Part shown: positions 17,552-27,500 of the stretch, one piece after another | How the letters are laid out: each line of letters opens with the position of its first letter | Position numbering within the stretch: the stretch's first letter is position 1 | Origin: an uncultured delta proteobacterium | Lineage (GTDB): Bacteria > Myxococcota_A > Polyangia > Haliangiales > Haliangiaceae | NCBI GenBank assembly: GCA_963743525.1 | Contig: CAVUQH010000004.1 | Span: 160,001 to 224,000, forward strand | Direction of reading: 5' to 3' | DNA: 64,000 nucleotides | The notes under the pieces: generated by a model | The model's database searches: none | What the model saw: only the letters and a program-made list of their open reading frames with translations | What the model was told of the DNA's origin: nothing | Translations under genes and position numbers: made by a program

Positions 17552-19879
17552 GTGGTAGCCGTGGGGGAACGCCGATCGCTCCGCAGCGCGCTCGGTCGAG
17601 CGCTGGGCGTGTTCGCCAGCGACGTCGACACCGAGCGCTTCCTGGTGATGGTCCGCAACACGGTCCTCGTCGGGTTCGTGCTGGTCGTCATGTCCGAGCT
17701 GGCGGCCTACGTGTGGCCGCAATTTCCCCGGGATCCGGTCGGCACCAGCATCATGGCCGGTAGCTTCCTGGCCGTCGCCGTGACCTGCATGCTCGGCGGG
17801 TCCCGCGAGCTGGTCGGCACCCTCTCGGTGCTGCTCTTCGGCGTGCTCGGCTGGTACGTCGGGCGGGTGATCGGGGACAGCGGCGGACTGTATTCGCTTC
17901 ACCGTGATGCCATCTACTCGGTGCTGGCGGCCGCCCACGCGCTGCTGCTGTTCTCGGCCATCGAGTTCACCGCGGTCACGCTGCTGTTCTTCGGCACGCT
18001 GGTGACGACGCTGCTCATCACCGCCGAGGTCGAGTCGAGCGACCTGGTGCTGACCGGCTTCTACGTCTTTTCGTTCTACGTGATGGCGATGGTCGGCATC
18101 ACCGCGCGCGCCCGACTGAAGAGATCGGAGAAGCGGGCCCACGAAGAGCTCGAGCGACTGAACCGCAACCTGCGCACCGAGGTCGATGCTCAGGTCGAGC
18201 GCATTCGCCGCGCCGAGGTGCTGGGCCGCTACCTGCCGCCAGAGCTGAGCGAGCAGGTGATGGGCAGCGAGAGCGACGACCAGCTGGCGCACGGGCGGCG
18301 CGAAGTCGCGGTGCTGTGCGCGTCACCGGTCGGCTTCCTCGAGACGCTCACCGGCCTGGCGACCAACGAGGTGGTGCCACTGGTCAACTCGTTCGTGTCG
18401 ACGATGTCGCGCGTGGCGTTCGAGCACGGCGGCGTCATCGAGCGCTTCGTCGGCCCGCGCATTACCGTGCTGTTCGGCAGCCTCGAAGAGGTCGAGCTGG
18501 TGGCGTCGGTGCGCCGCGCCGTGGACATGGCCCGCGACATCCAGCAGTCGTGCAACGTGCTGCTGCGCCAGTGGGAGCACGAAGGTCTGAACATTCGCCT
18601 GCGCATGGCCATCGGCATCGCCGCCGGCCCATCCGTCGTCGGCACCTTCGGCTCCGAGCGTCGCGTCGAATACTCGGCGCTGGGCGAGGCGATGGTCCGT
18701 GCCCACCGCCTGACCGCAACCGCGATCCCCGGCGAGATCAGGCTCGACCGCTCGGCCGCGGCCTGGCTCGAAAGCACCGAGCTCGCCGCCGGCGAAGCGG
18801 TGGAGTTCTCCCCCGGCAAACCGGAGCCGACCTACGTGCTCGACGCCCACCGCGCCGACACCGGCGAGCCCGAGGCCGGTGACACCGCCGCCGACGACGA
18901 TGCCTCGTTGATGACCGCCGCGCTGCTGGCCACCGGTATGGCACCCCACACCGCGGAGCCGGCGTCCGGCACCGATCCCACGATCATTCCGCTGGCCAAC
19001 CCGTCGCCCGGGCGGGCCATGGCGCCGCCACCGCTGCTCGAGCCGGGCAGCCTGTTCGACGGCCGCTATCGCATCGAGCAGCGCATCGGCCGCGGCGGCA
19101 CCGCCACCGTCTACCGCGCGCGCCACGTCGCCCTCGATCAGCCGCGAGCGCTCAAACTGATCCACCCCGAGCAGCTGGCGGCTCCCGGCGCCGTCGAGCA
19201 GTTCCGCCGCGAGGCCGAGGCGACCTCGCGCATCCACCATCCCAACGTCGTCCAGCTGCACGACTTCGGCCGCAGCGTCGAGGGCCACTATTACCTGGCC
19301 CTCGACTTCGTCGACGGCCAGTCGTTGGCGTCCATGCTCGCGCGCGAGGTGACGCTGCCACTTTCGCGGGCGCTGGCCTACGCCCGCGGCATGCTCGAAG
19401 CGCTGCAGGCGGCTCACGAGCTGCGCCTGATCCATCGCGACCTCAAGCCGGGCAACGTGTTGATCGACCAGCACGACGACGTCCGGGTGACCGACTTCGG
19501 CATGGCCCAGCCGCTCCACGCCAGCCGAGGACGCGAAGAGACGATCGCCGGCACGCCGGCGTACATGTCGCCGGAGCAGTGCCAGGGCAGCCCGCTCGAC
19601 GGACGCAGCGATCTGTACAGCTTCGGCGTCTCGCTGTACCAGATGTTGTCCGGCAACCTGCCCTATCGCGATCTGTCGGGCGACCCGTTCACCCTGGCGC
19701 TCAGCCGCGACCGCGTGCCGCTCGCCGAGCGCAAGCCGGAGCTGCCGCAGGCGATCTGCGAGCTGGTCGAGCGCTGCCTGGCGCTGCAACCGGCCGACCG
19801 ACCGTCGTCGGCGCTGGCCATCCTGCGCATGCTCGACGTCAACGCACTGACCACCGACACCGCGCGCCGCTCGAGCTAG
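17552..19879 (+). CDS. Membrane protein with a degenerate class III nucleotidyl cyclase domain and a Ser/Thr kinase domain
   Basis: About 6 TMs, coiled coil, 'RYLP', cyclase-like core, kinase motifs 'GRGG...VY', 'ALK', 'HRDLKPGN', 'DFG', 'GTPAYMSPE'. Confidence 0.9.
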   Translation: MVAVGERRSLRSALGRALGVFASDVDTERFLVMVRNTVLVGFVLVVMSELAAYVWPQFPRDPVGTSIMAGSFLAVAVTCMLGGSRELVGTLSVLLFGVLGWYVGRVIGDSGGLYSLHRDAIYSVLAAAHALLLFSAIEFTAVTLLFFGTLVTTLLITAEVESSDLVLTGFYVFSFYVMAMVGITARARLKRSEKRAHEELERLNRNLRTEVDAQVERIRRAEVLGRYLPPELSEQVMGSESDDQLAHGRREVAVLCASPVGFLETLTGLATNEVVPLVNSFVSTMSRVAFEHGGVIERFVGPRITVLFGSLEEVELVASVRRAVDMARDIQQSCNVLLRQWEHEGLNIRLRMAIGIAAGPSVVGTFGSERRVEYSALGEAMVRAHRLTATAIPGEIRLDRSAAAWLESTELAAGEAVEFSPGKPEPTYVLDAHRADTGEPEAGDTAADDDASLMTAALLATGMAPHTAEPASGTDPTIIPLANPSPGRAMAPPPLLEPGSLFDGRYRIEQRIGRGGTATVYRARHVALDQPRALKLIHPEQLAAPGAVEQFRREAEATSRIHHPNVVQLHDFGRSVEGHYYLALDFVDGQSLASMLAREVTLPLSRALAYARGMLEALQAAHELRLIHRDLKPGNVLIDQHDDVRVTDFGMAQPLHASRGREETIAGTPAYMSPEQCQGSPLDGRSDLYSFGVSLYQMLSGNLPYRDLSGDPFTLALSRDRVPLAERKPELPQAICELVERCLALQPADRPSSALAILRMLDVNALTTDTARRSS

Positions 19880-20952
19880 CGCCGGGCTTCGATCTTCTCC
19901 ACCTGTTGCCAGGCGAGGTCGGCGATCGGCCGCGCCGCCTGGCCCATGGCCGCGGCCTGGGCGCTGGCAGCGGTGCCCTCCTTCACCCGGCCGAGGATGC
20001 CGTGGAGGATCGCCGCCAGGCGGAACATGTTGTAGGCCATGTAGAAGTCCCAGTGATCCGGATCGATCGGATCGCGACCGGTGCGCTTGCAGTAGTTGGC
20101 CACGTGGTCGGCCTCGGACGGGATGCCCAGCGCCAGCAGGTCGGCGCCGCCGAGGCCGCGGAATACCCCGGCCGGGATGTGCCAGGTCATGCAGTGGTAG
20201 GCCAGATCGCCCAGCGGGTGACCCAGCGTCGACAGCTCCCAGTCGAGCACCGCCAGGATGCGCGGCTCGGTGGGGTGGAAGATCAGATTGTCCAGCCGAT
20301 AGTCGCCATGGACGATCGAGGTCTCCTCGCCGGGCGGAATGTGCTCGGGCAGCCAGCCGACCAGACGATCCATCGACTCGATCGAGCCCGCCGGCGACGC
20401 CTGGTACTGGCCGGTCCAGCGGCGAATCTGCCGGGCGAAGTAGTTGCCCGGCTTGCCGTAGTCGCCCAGCCCGACCGCCGCGTAGTCGACCTGGTGGAGG
20501 GCGGCGATGACCCGATTCATCTCGCCGAAGATCGCCGCCCGCTCATCGGGCTGGAAGCCCGGCAAGGTCGGGTCCCACAGCACGCGCCCGGCCACGTACT
20601 CCATGACGAAGAACGGCGTGCCGATGACCTCGGCGTCCTCGCACAGGCAGTAGGTGCGCGCGACCGGCACGTCGGTATCGCCCAGCGCGGTCAGCACCCG
20701 ATACTCGCGGTCGACCGCGTGCGCCGACGCCAACAGCTTGCCCGGCGGTTTGCGCCGCAGGACGTACGCGCCACCGCCCGCGCGCAACAGATAGGTCGGG
20801 TTCGATTGCCCGCCCTTGAACTGCTCGACGGTCAGCGCCGCCGGGTCGGCGGGGAAGCCGGCGATCTGCCGGGCCAGGTAGGAAGACAGGCGAGTGGTGT
20901 CGAACTTGTGCTTTTCCGCGACCGGTCGCGTACCGGTGAAGTCGGCGCTCAT
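19876..20952 (-). CDS. Phosphotransferase (APH / ACAD10-associated family)
   Basis: 'FKGGQSNPTY', 'LRRKPPG', 'AHAVDREYRV', 'HGDYRLDN', 'VLDWELSTLG'. Confidence 0.93.
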   Translation of the reverse strand: MSADFTGTRPVAEKHKFDTTRLSSYLARQIAGFPADPAALTVEQFKGGQSNPTYLLRAGGGAYVLRRKPPGKLLASAHAVDREYRVLTALGDTDVPVARTYCLCEDAEVIGTPFFVMEYVAGRVLWDPTLPGFQPDERAAIFGEMNRVIAALHQVDYAAVGLGDYGKPGNYFARQIRRWTGQYQASPAGSIESMDRLVGWLPEHIPPGEETSIVHGDYRLDNLIFHPTEPRILAVLDWELSTLGHPLGDLAYHCMTWHIPAGVFRGLGGADLLALGIPSEADHVANYCKRTGRDPIDPDHWDFYMAYNMFRLAAILHGILGRVKEGTAASAQAAAMGQAARPIADLAWQQVEKIEARR

Positions 20953-22196
20953 CGCCCGCTTTCTCGCTTCGGCAACCCACCGTGCTTGAGCAGCTCGATG
21001 CGGGCGATGACCCCGCGGTGCACGGCGTCGGGACCGTCGGCCAGGCGCAGCGCGCGCGCCATGGCGAACAGGCCGGTCAGCGGCACGTCGTACGACACGC
21101 CGGCGCCACCGTGCATCTGGATCGACTCGTCGACCACCCGCTGCAGGACGTTGGGCGCCACCACCTTGATCGCGGAGATCTCGGTCATCGCCCCCATCGC
21201 GCCGACCGCGCCCAGCTTCCACGCCGCGTACAGTGTCAGCAGCCGCGCCTGATCGATGGCGATGCGCAGGTCCGCGATCCGCTCGCGGTTGCCGCCGAGG
21301 TTGACCAGCGGCTTGCCGAAGGCGGTGCGCGCGATGCCGCGCTGGATCAGCAACGCCAGCGCGTACTCGGAGGCGCCGATGCAGCGCATGCAGTGGTGGA
21401 TGCGCCCCGGCCCCAGGCGTCCCTGGGCGATTTCGAAGCCGGCGCCGAGCCCCTTGATCAGGTTGGCCCGCGGCACCCGCACCTTGTCGAACACCACCTC
21501 GCCGTGTCCGTACGGCTCGTCGTACTCGCCGAACACCGGCAGCATCCGCTCGATGCGCACGCCGTCGGCATCCAGCGGCACCAGCACCATGCTGTGGCGA
21601 TGGTGGCGATCGTTGTCCGGGTTGGACACGCCCATGAAGATGGCCACCCGCGCGTTGGGATGGCCGATGCCGGACGACCACCACTTGCGGCCGTCGAGCA
21701 CCAGCTCGTCGCCGTCTTCGGTGATGGTCGCCTGCATGTTGGTGGCGTCGCTGGAGGCGACCTCCGGCTCGGTCATGCAGAAGACCGAGCGAATCTCGCC
21801 GCGCAGCAGCGGCGCCAGCCACTGCGCCTTCTGCTCGGCGCTGCCGTAGTGGTACAGCACCTCCATGTTGCCGGTGTCGGGGGCGTTGCAGTTGAACACC
21901 TCGGGCGCCAACAAGCTGGTGCCGGTCTCCTCGGCGATCGGCGCGTACTCCAGCGGGCTGAGCCCGGCGCCGAGCTCCGGATCCGGCAGGAAGAAGTTCC
22001 ACAGCCCCGCGGCCCGCGCCTTTTGCTTGAGCGCCTCGACCTCCGGGTTGACCGTCCACGTGGTCCAGTCGGCGCCGCGGTTGTCCGCGCGCAGCTTGCG
22101 CACGTAGCGCTCTTCGACCGGCCGAATCTCGTCGGCGATGAACGTGCGGACGCGGCGCGTAAATTCTGCCGTGCGTGCGCTGGGCTCGAAGTCCAT
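20949..22196 (-). CDS. Acyl-CoA dehydrogenase (ACAD10/11-like)
   Basis: 'FNCNAPDTGNMEVL', 'MTEPEVASSDATN', 'QGRLGPGRIHHCMR', 'RLADGPDAVH'. Confidence 0.95.
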   Translation of the reverse strand: MDFEPSARTAEFTRRVRTFIADEIRPVEERYVRKLRADNRGADWTTWTVNPEVEALKQKARAAGLWNFFLPDPELGAGLSPLEYAPIAEETGTSLLAPEVFNCNAPDTGNMEVLYHYGSAEQKAQWLAPLLRGEIRSVFCMTEPEVASSDATNMQATITEDGDELVLDGRKWWSSGIGHPNARVAIFMGVSNPDNDRHHRHSMVLVPLDADGVRIERMLPVFGEYDEPYGHGEVVFDKVRVPRANLIKGLGAGFEIAQGRLGPGRIHHCMRCIGASEYALALLIQRGIARTAFGKPLVNLGGNRERIADLRIAIDQARLLTLYAAWKLGAVGAMGAMTEISAIKVVAPNVLQRVVDESIQMHGGAGVSYDVPLTGLFAMARALRLADGPDAVHRGVIARIELLKHGGLPKRESGR

Positions 22197-22306
22197 GGGC
22201 TCCTCCTCGCGGCTTCGCCGCCGTCATACCACGACTCCGTTCGGGCGCGGCGCGGAACAGCGTTTGCATTTCGTCGAGGTCGCTCGCTCGCGAAAGGAGC
22301 AACAAG

Positions 22307-22939
22307 ATGCCGACCTCCGCCGAGATTCTCGCGGGTCTCACGCAGATCGCCAACGACGCCTTCGCGCTCGCCATTGTCTGGCATGGCGCAATCCTTGCGG
22401 CCGCCGTTGCATGGTTGCTCGGCTGGCGGCCCTCGCGTCGCCTGGTCGGGGGGCTGATCGCGCTGCCGCTGGCCTCGGTCGCAGCGCTGGCGTTCGCCTA
22501 CGGCAACCCGTTCAACGGAGCCGTGTTCAGCGCACTCGCGCTGGCGTTGGTGGCGCTGGCGCTTCGCCTCGACGCGACCCCCGTCCACGCCCCCGGACCG
22601 TGGGCAACGGGCGCCGGCCTTGCGATGATCCTGTTCGGCTGGGTGTACCCGCACTTCCTCGTCGGCCACGGCACGCTCGCGTATCTCTACGGAGCGCCGA
22701 CGGGGCTGGTCCCCTGCCCGACATTGTCGCTGGCGATCGGCGTCGCGCTGATCACAGGTGGAGTTGGCAGTCGCGCCTGGTCGCTGACACTGGCCGGCGG
22801 CGGGCTGCTCTACGGGCTGTTCGGTGCAGCGCGGCTGGGCGTGCTCCTGGACGTGGGGCTGCTGGCCGGTAGCGCGGCGTTGATCGCGCTCGTCGTGGCG
22901 AGCACGTCCCAGCAGGCGGTGATACCCTCGCGGAGGTGA
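22307..22939 (+). CDS. Integral membrane protein of unknown function
   Basis: RBS AAAGGAG upstream; hydrophobic, 'GNPFNG', 'YPHF', 'GLVPCPTL'. Confidence 0.8.
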   Translation: MPTSAEILAGLTQIANDAFALAIVWHGAILAAAVAWLLGWRPSRRLVGGLIALPLASVAALAFAYGNPFNGAVFSALALALVALALRLDATPVHAPGPWATGAGLAMILFGWVYPHFLVGHGTLAYLYGAPTGLVPCPTLSLAIGVALITGGVGSRAWSLTLAGGGLLYGLFGAARLGVLLDVGLLAGSAALIALVVASTSQQAVIPSRR

Positions 22940-23577
22940 ACCGCCATCTCATTCGCGGAGCTCTGGTGCTGGCGCTGGCGATGCCCGCGTGCAGCAAGAA
23001 GTCGGACGAGAAGGTCACGCCCGGCGAAGCACCCGCACCAACGCAGGCGGCACCATCGACCGCCGAGAGGTCGATGATGCCCGCGTCCAGCGCGCCGGCC
23101 CCGGCCGGCACCTTCGACGCGTCGGCCTTCTGCAAACAGGTCTTCCCCGCCGACGACATCTCGCAACTCGTCGGCGTCGCCGGGCTCGAAGCCGACGAGA
23201 AGCGCCCGCCCGCGCCCGCCGGAATGGCCCGGTGCAAGCTGGAGAAGGACGACCCGACCAGTCACATGCCGGTGGCGATGGCGCTGCTCATGGTCGACTG
23301 CGGGCCCGCACACCTGGACGTGGCCAAGCACCGCGCGGTGGCCAAGGCGATGGGCAGCACGAAGGACGGGCTCTACCGCGAGCTCGACATGGGCAAGGGC
23401 GGTGCCTACAGCAAGACGATGGTGCTGAAGAAGCCGTCGTACACGGTGACCTTCGTCAACGACAAGATTCCCTGCGCGATCACCGTGTCGACCTCGTTCA
23501 TCGACGCCGACCACGCCGAAGAGCTGGCCCACGCCGTCTACGACCGGGTCACCGACCAGAACTACCCGCGGCCGTGA
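22936..23577 (+). CDS. Hypothetical lipoprotein
   Basis: GGAG RBS, GTGA overlap, lipobox 'AMPAC', good codon bias. Confidence 0.78.
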   Translation: MNRHLIRGALVLALAMPACSKKSDEKVTPGEAPAPTQAAPSTAERSMMPASSAPAPAGTFDASAFCKQVFPADDISQLVGVAGLEADEKRPPAPAGMARCKLEKDDPTSHMPVAMALLMVDCGPAHLDVAKHRAVAKAMGSTKDGLYRELDMGKGGAYSKTMVLKKPSYTVTFVNDKIPCAITVSTSFIDADHAEELAHAVYDRVTDQNYPRP

Positions 23578-23580
23578 CCC

Positions 23581-23793
23581 GTGGACGGTGACCTGCCCGA
23601 CGCGCGGGACGGCCTGACCTATCTGGAACGGGTCATCTTGTGGCAGCTGCGCGAGGCCGAGCGCGAGCGCGGCGGCGCCTCGGTGCCGACGGCCATGCTC
23701 TACGGCCGCGTCGTCGAGCACGTCAACGTGAGCGTCGCCGACTTCCAGGCGGTGCTCCAGCGCCTGGTCACCGGGCAGCGCCCGGGGCGCTAA
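23581..23793 (+). CDS. Small protein resembling the GyrA/ParC N-terminal 'LPDxRDGL' segment
   Basis: 70 aa, 'LPDARDGLTYLERVILWQL', 'PTAMLYGRVVE'. Confidence 0.7.
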   Translation: MDGDLPDARDGLTYLERVILWQLREAERERGGASVPTAMLYGRVVEHVNVSVADFQAVLQRLVTGQRPGR

Positions 23794-23900
23794 CTTTTCG
23801 CCGGCCGCCGACAGGGTCGCACCGGCTTCGCATCCTGGCCCGACAAGCGGGGAAAAATGCCGGTCTGGCGGTGGGTACGGCTGATGCAAGCCCCTGGGAC

Positions 23901-24536
23901 ATGACCACCACCCTCCTGCACATTGCCGCCAGCCCCATGGGCGCGGCGTCGACCTCTCGCAAGGTCGCCACCGCGTTGCTCGAGTCGTACGCCGCGGCGC
24001 ACCCGCGCGACGAGATCGCAACCCTGGATCTGTGGAGGGTCGATCTGCCCGAGCTCGACTCCACCTTCGTCGCCGCGCAGAACAAGGTCCTCTCCGGCGC
24101 CGAGCAGACGCCGGCCGAGCGCGAGGTGTGGGATCGGGTCGTCTCCGCCGCCGAGGCCCTGAAGTCTGCCGACAAGGTGCTGCTGTCCTGTCCGATGTGG
24201 AACTTCAACATCCCGTACCGGCTCAAGCACTGGTTCGACGTCATCCTCCAGCCCGGCCTGACCTTCGCCTGGACTCCCGAGGAAGGCTATCGCGGTCTCG
24301 TTACCGGCCGCCCGGCCCAGCTGGTGCTGTCGCGCGCGGGTCAGTACACGCCACCGGCGCCGGCGGCGTGGATGGATCACCAGACCGGCTACCTCGAGTT
24401 CCTGTTCCGCTTCATGGGCTTCACCGACATCCACACACTGGCGGTCGAGCCCACCCTGCTGCAGGGCCCCGAGCGGGCCGCCCGCGGCGTTCACAACGCA
24501 ACAGCTGCCGCGCGGGAGGCCGGCCGAGCGCTGTAG
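23901..24536 (+). CDS. azoR: FMN-dependent NADH:quinone oxidoreductase / azoreductase
   Basis: 'LLHIAASP.G..STS', 'PMWNFNIPYRLKHWFD', 'TF.WT.E.GY.GL', 'YL..LFRFMG'. Confidence 0.92.
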   Translation: MTTTLLHIAASPMGAASTSRKVATALLESYAAAHPRDEIATLDLWRVDLPELDSTFVAAQNKVLSGAEQTPAEREVWDRVVSAAEALKSADKVLLSCPMWNFNIPYRLKHWFDVILQPGLTFAWTPEEGYRGLVTGRPAQLVLSRAGQYTPPAPAAWMDHQTGYLEFLFRFMGFTDIHTLAVEPTLLQGPERAARGVHNATAAAREAGRAL

Positions 24537-24570
24537 CCACCCGCCGCGTCCGCTCGCGTATACTGGACCG

Positions 24571-27500
24571 ATGGGGGCCGGACGACGTCCGGGTGGCGTG
24601 CCCTCCGGACGAGATTTCACCCCGGGGAGCGGCCGCTTCGAGATTCAGACGCTGCTCGGCAGCGGCGCCAACGGCTCGGTATACGCCGCGTTCGATCGGG
24701 CGCGGGGATCGACGGTCGCCCTCAAGACGCTCGACCGCGAGGACCCGGCCGGGTTGCTCGCGTTCAAGCGCGAATTTCGCGAGCTGGCCGGAGTGCGCCA
24801 CCCGCACCTGGTCACCCTGTACGAGCTCGTCGCCGCCGAGGATCAGTGGTTCTTCACCATGGAGATGGTGCGCGGCGTTGACTTCGCGACCCACATCCGG
24901 CCGCGGGCGGCGACCGACGCCCCCGGACGCACGCCGGGGCCACGCCGGGCCGACGCCGACGACCCGACCGCGACACTCGACGGCGACACCCGCGACCTCG
25001 TCGGCCGCCTCGCCGTCCAGGGAGCGTCACCCCTCGACGACGCCGGGCAGGCACGCCTGCGGCCGGCGCTGATCCAGCTCGCCGAAGGGATCACGGCCCT
25101 CCACCGTGCCGGCATCCTGCACCGCGACCTCAAACCGAGCAACATCATGGTCGAGGACGGTGGCCGCGTGGTCATCCTCGACTTCGGGTTGGCGCTGCCG
25201 CTGGACGGCGATCGCCGTCCCGAACATCTGGCGGGCACACCGCCATACATGGCTCCCGAACAGGTGGCGCTCGAGCCGATCACCGAGGCCAGCGACTGGT
25301 ACGCCTTCGGCGCCATCCTCTACCAGACGCTCACCGGCAAGGTGCCGCTGGCAGATCTCGGCCGGTCGATGCTGCTCGAGTACAAGCAACGCAACGACGT
25401 GCAGGCTCCCAGCACCGTGGTCGACGTTCCCCGCGACCTCGACGAGCTGTGCGCCGCCCTGCTCCGTCGCGATCCGGCGGCACGCCCGCGCGGCGACGAG
25501 GTCCTCGCTGCTCTGCGCGGCGCGACGCCCACGCAGCCGACCGCGCGACACGACCGCGACGAGCTGCCGTTCATCGGTCGGGCGCAAGAGCTCGCCCAAC
25601 TGGTTGACGCAGCCACTGGTTCGCGACCACGCCGGCCGACAGCCGCGTGGATCGTCGGCCCGTCGGGCATCGGCAAATCGCGACTGGTCGCCCAGGCAGT
25701 GAGCGAAATCAGCGCACGCGATGCCGACGCGCTCGTGCTCACCGGCCGCTGCTACGAGCAAGAGTCGCTGCCGTACAAGGGCATCGACGGCGTCGTCGAC
25801 GTGCTCAGCGGCGTGCTCGCCAGGCTACCCGACGACCAGCTGCGCGCCTTGCTGCCCGACGGAGTTGACGCCGTCGCTCGTCTGTTTCCCGTGCTCGCGC
25901 GCCTGTCCCCCTCGCTGTCGCCGCCCGCGACTGCGGCGCCCCCGGACGACGTCGAGCTGCGCCGGCGCGGCTTTGCCTGCCTGCGCGAGCTGCTCAGGCG
26001 CCTCGCGGCGACCCGAACCGTGGTGATGACCATCGACGACCTGCAGTGGGGCGACCGCGATAGCGGCGCCCTGCTGCTCGAGCTCCTGCGACCGCCCGAT
26101 GCGCCCGGGCTCCTGCTCATCGCCACCCTGCGCGACGACGGCGACAGCTCGCTGCTCAGCTGGTTGCGCCCGCGCATCGAGGCGCTGACCGGCGTCGACG
26201 TCACCGAGCTGCGGCTGGCGCCACTCGACGACGGCGACGCGCGCGCCCTGGCGCGCCAGCTCCTCGGCGACGATGAGCGAGCGGAGCGAATCGCCGCCGA
26301 GGCCCAGGGCAATCCGTTCTTCGTCCGCGAGCTCGCGCTGCACCAGGCCGGCGGCACGGCGGGACGACCATCCCTGGCCACGGTCATCTTCGACCGCTTC
26401 GCCGCACTGACTCCGCCGGCGCAGCGGCTCGTCGAGGCGATTGCCCTGGGCGGCCCGGTCCCGCTGCAGGTGGCGTTCGCGGCCGCCGGCGTCGGCGAGT
26501 CCGGTGCCGCCGCGCTGGCGGAGCTGCGCGCAGCTCGGCTGGTGCGCCAGCGGCAGACCACTGGCGACCAGCTGATCGAGGCCTATCACGACCGGATCCG
26601 CACCGGCGTCGAGAGCATCCTCGACGAGGACGAGCGTGCGGATCGCCACCGCCGATTGGCCGAGGCACTCGAGACGCTGGCCGTCAACGACCCGGAACGT
26701 CTGGCCCGGCACTACCTCGGCGCCGGCGACGATCAGCGCGCGGCCGGCCACGTCCTGCGCGCCGCCCGCCGCGCCAGCGACGCTCTCGCCTTCGAACGCG
26801 CGGCCGAGCTCTATCACGTGGCGCTCGCGGTCGGCAGCTGGTCGACCGCCGAGACCAGCGCGCTGGAGGCCGACCGCGGCGCGGCCCTGGCCAGCGCCGG
26901 CCACGGTCCGACGGCGGCGGACGCGTTTCTCGCCGCCGCCGCCGGCACCGGTGACGAGCGCGCGCTCGAGCTGCGCCAGCGCGCCGCCGAACAGCTGCTC
27001 CTCAGCGGCCGCATCGATCGAGGGCTCGACGTGTTCCAGTCGGTGCTCGGCCACTTCGGCGACCGGCTACCACGCACCCGCCGCGGCGCCATGTTCCGCC
27101 TGGTCCGCGAGGTTGCCCGACTGCGTCTGCGCGGCCTGCGCCACCGCGAGCGCGAAGCCGGCGACCTGCCCGCCGACACGCTGCGACGGATCGACCTGTA
27201 CTGGGCCGTCGGCCACGGCCTGGCCGGCGTCTCCCCGGTGACCTCGCTCGACTTCGTCACCCGGGCGGCGCGGCTGGCGCTGGACGCCGGCGAACCGGCG
27301 CGGGTCGCCGCGACCGTGGCGCTGCAAACCTGTCTCATCTCGTCGGTGTCGCGCCGCGACGTCGACGGGCCGCTGACCTTCGCCGCAGCGGCCGCCGAGC
27401 GATCGGGCAACACCTACGCGCGCATCATCGCCGAGGGAGTGCGCGGACCGGTGGCCTACTTTCGAGGCGATTTCCCGGCGACCGTCGCCATCTGCGACCG

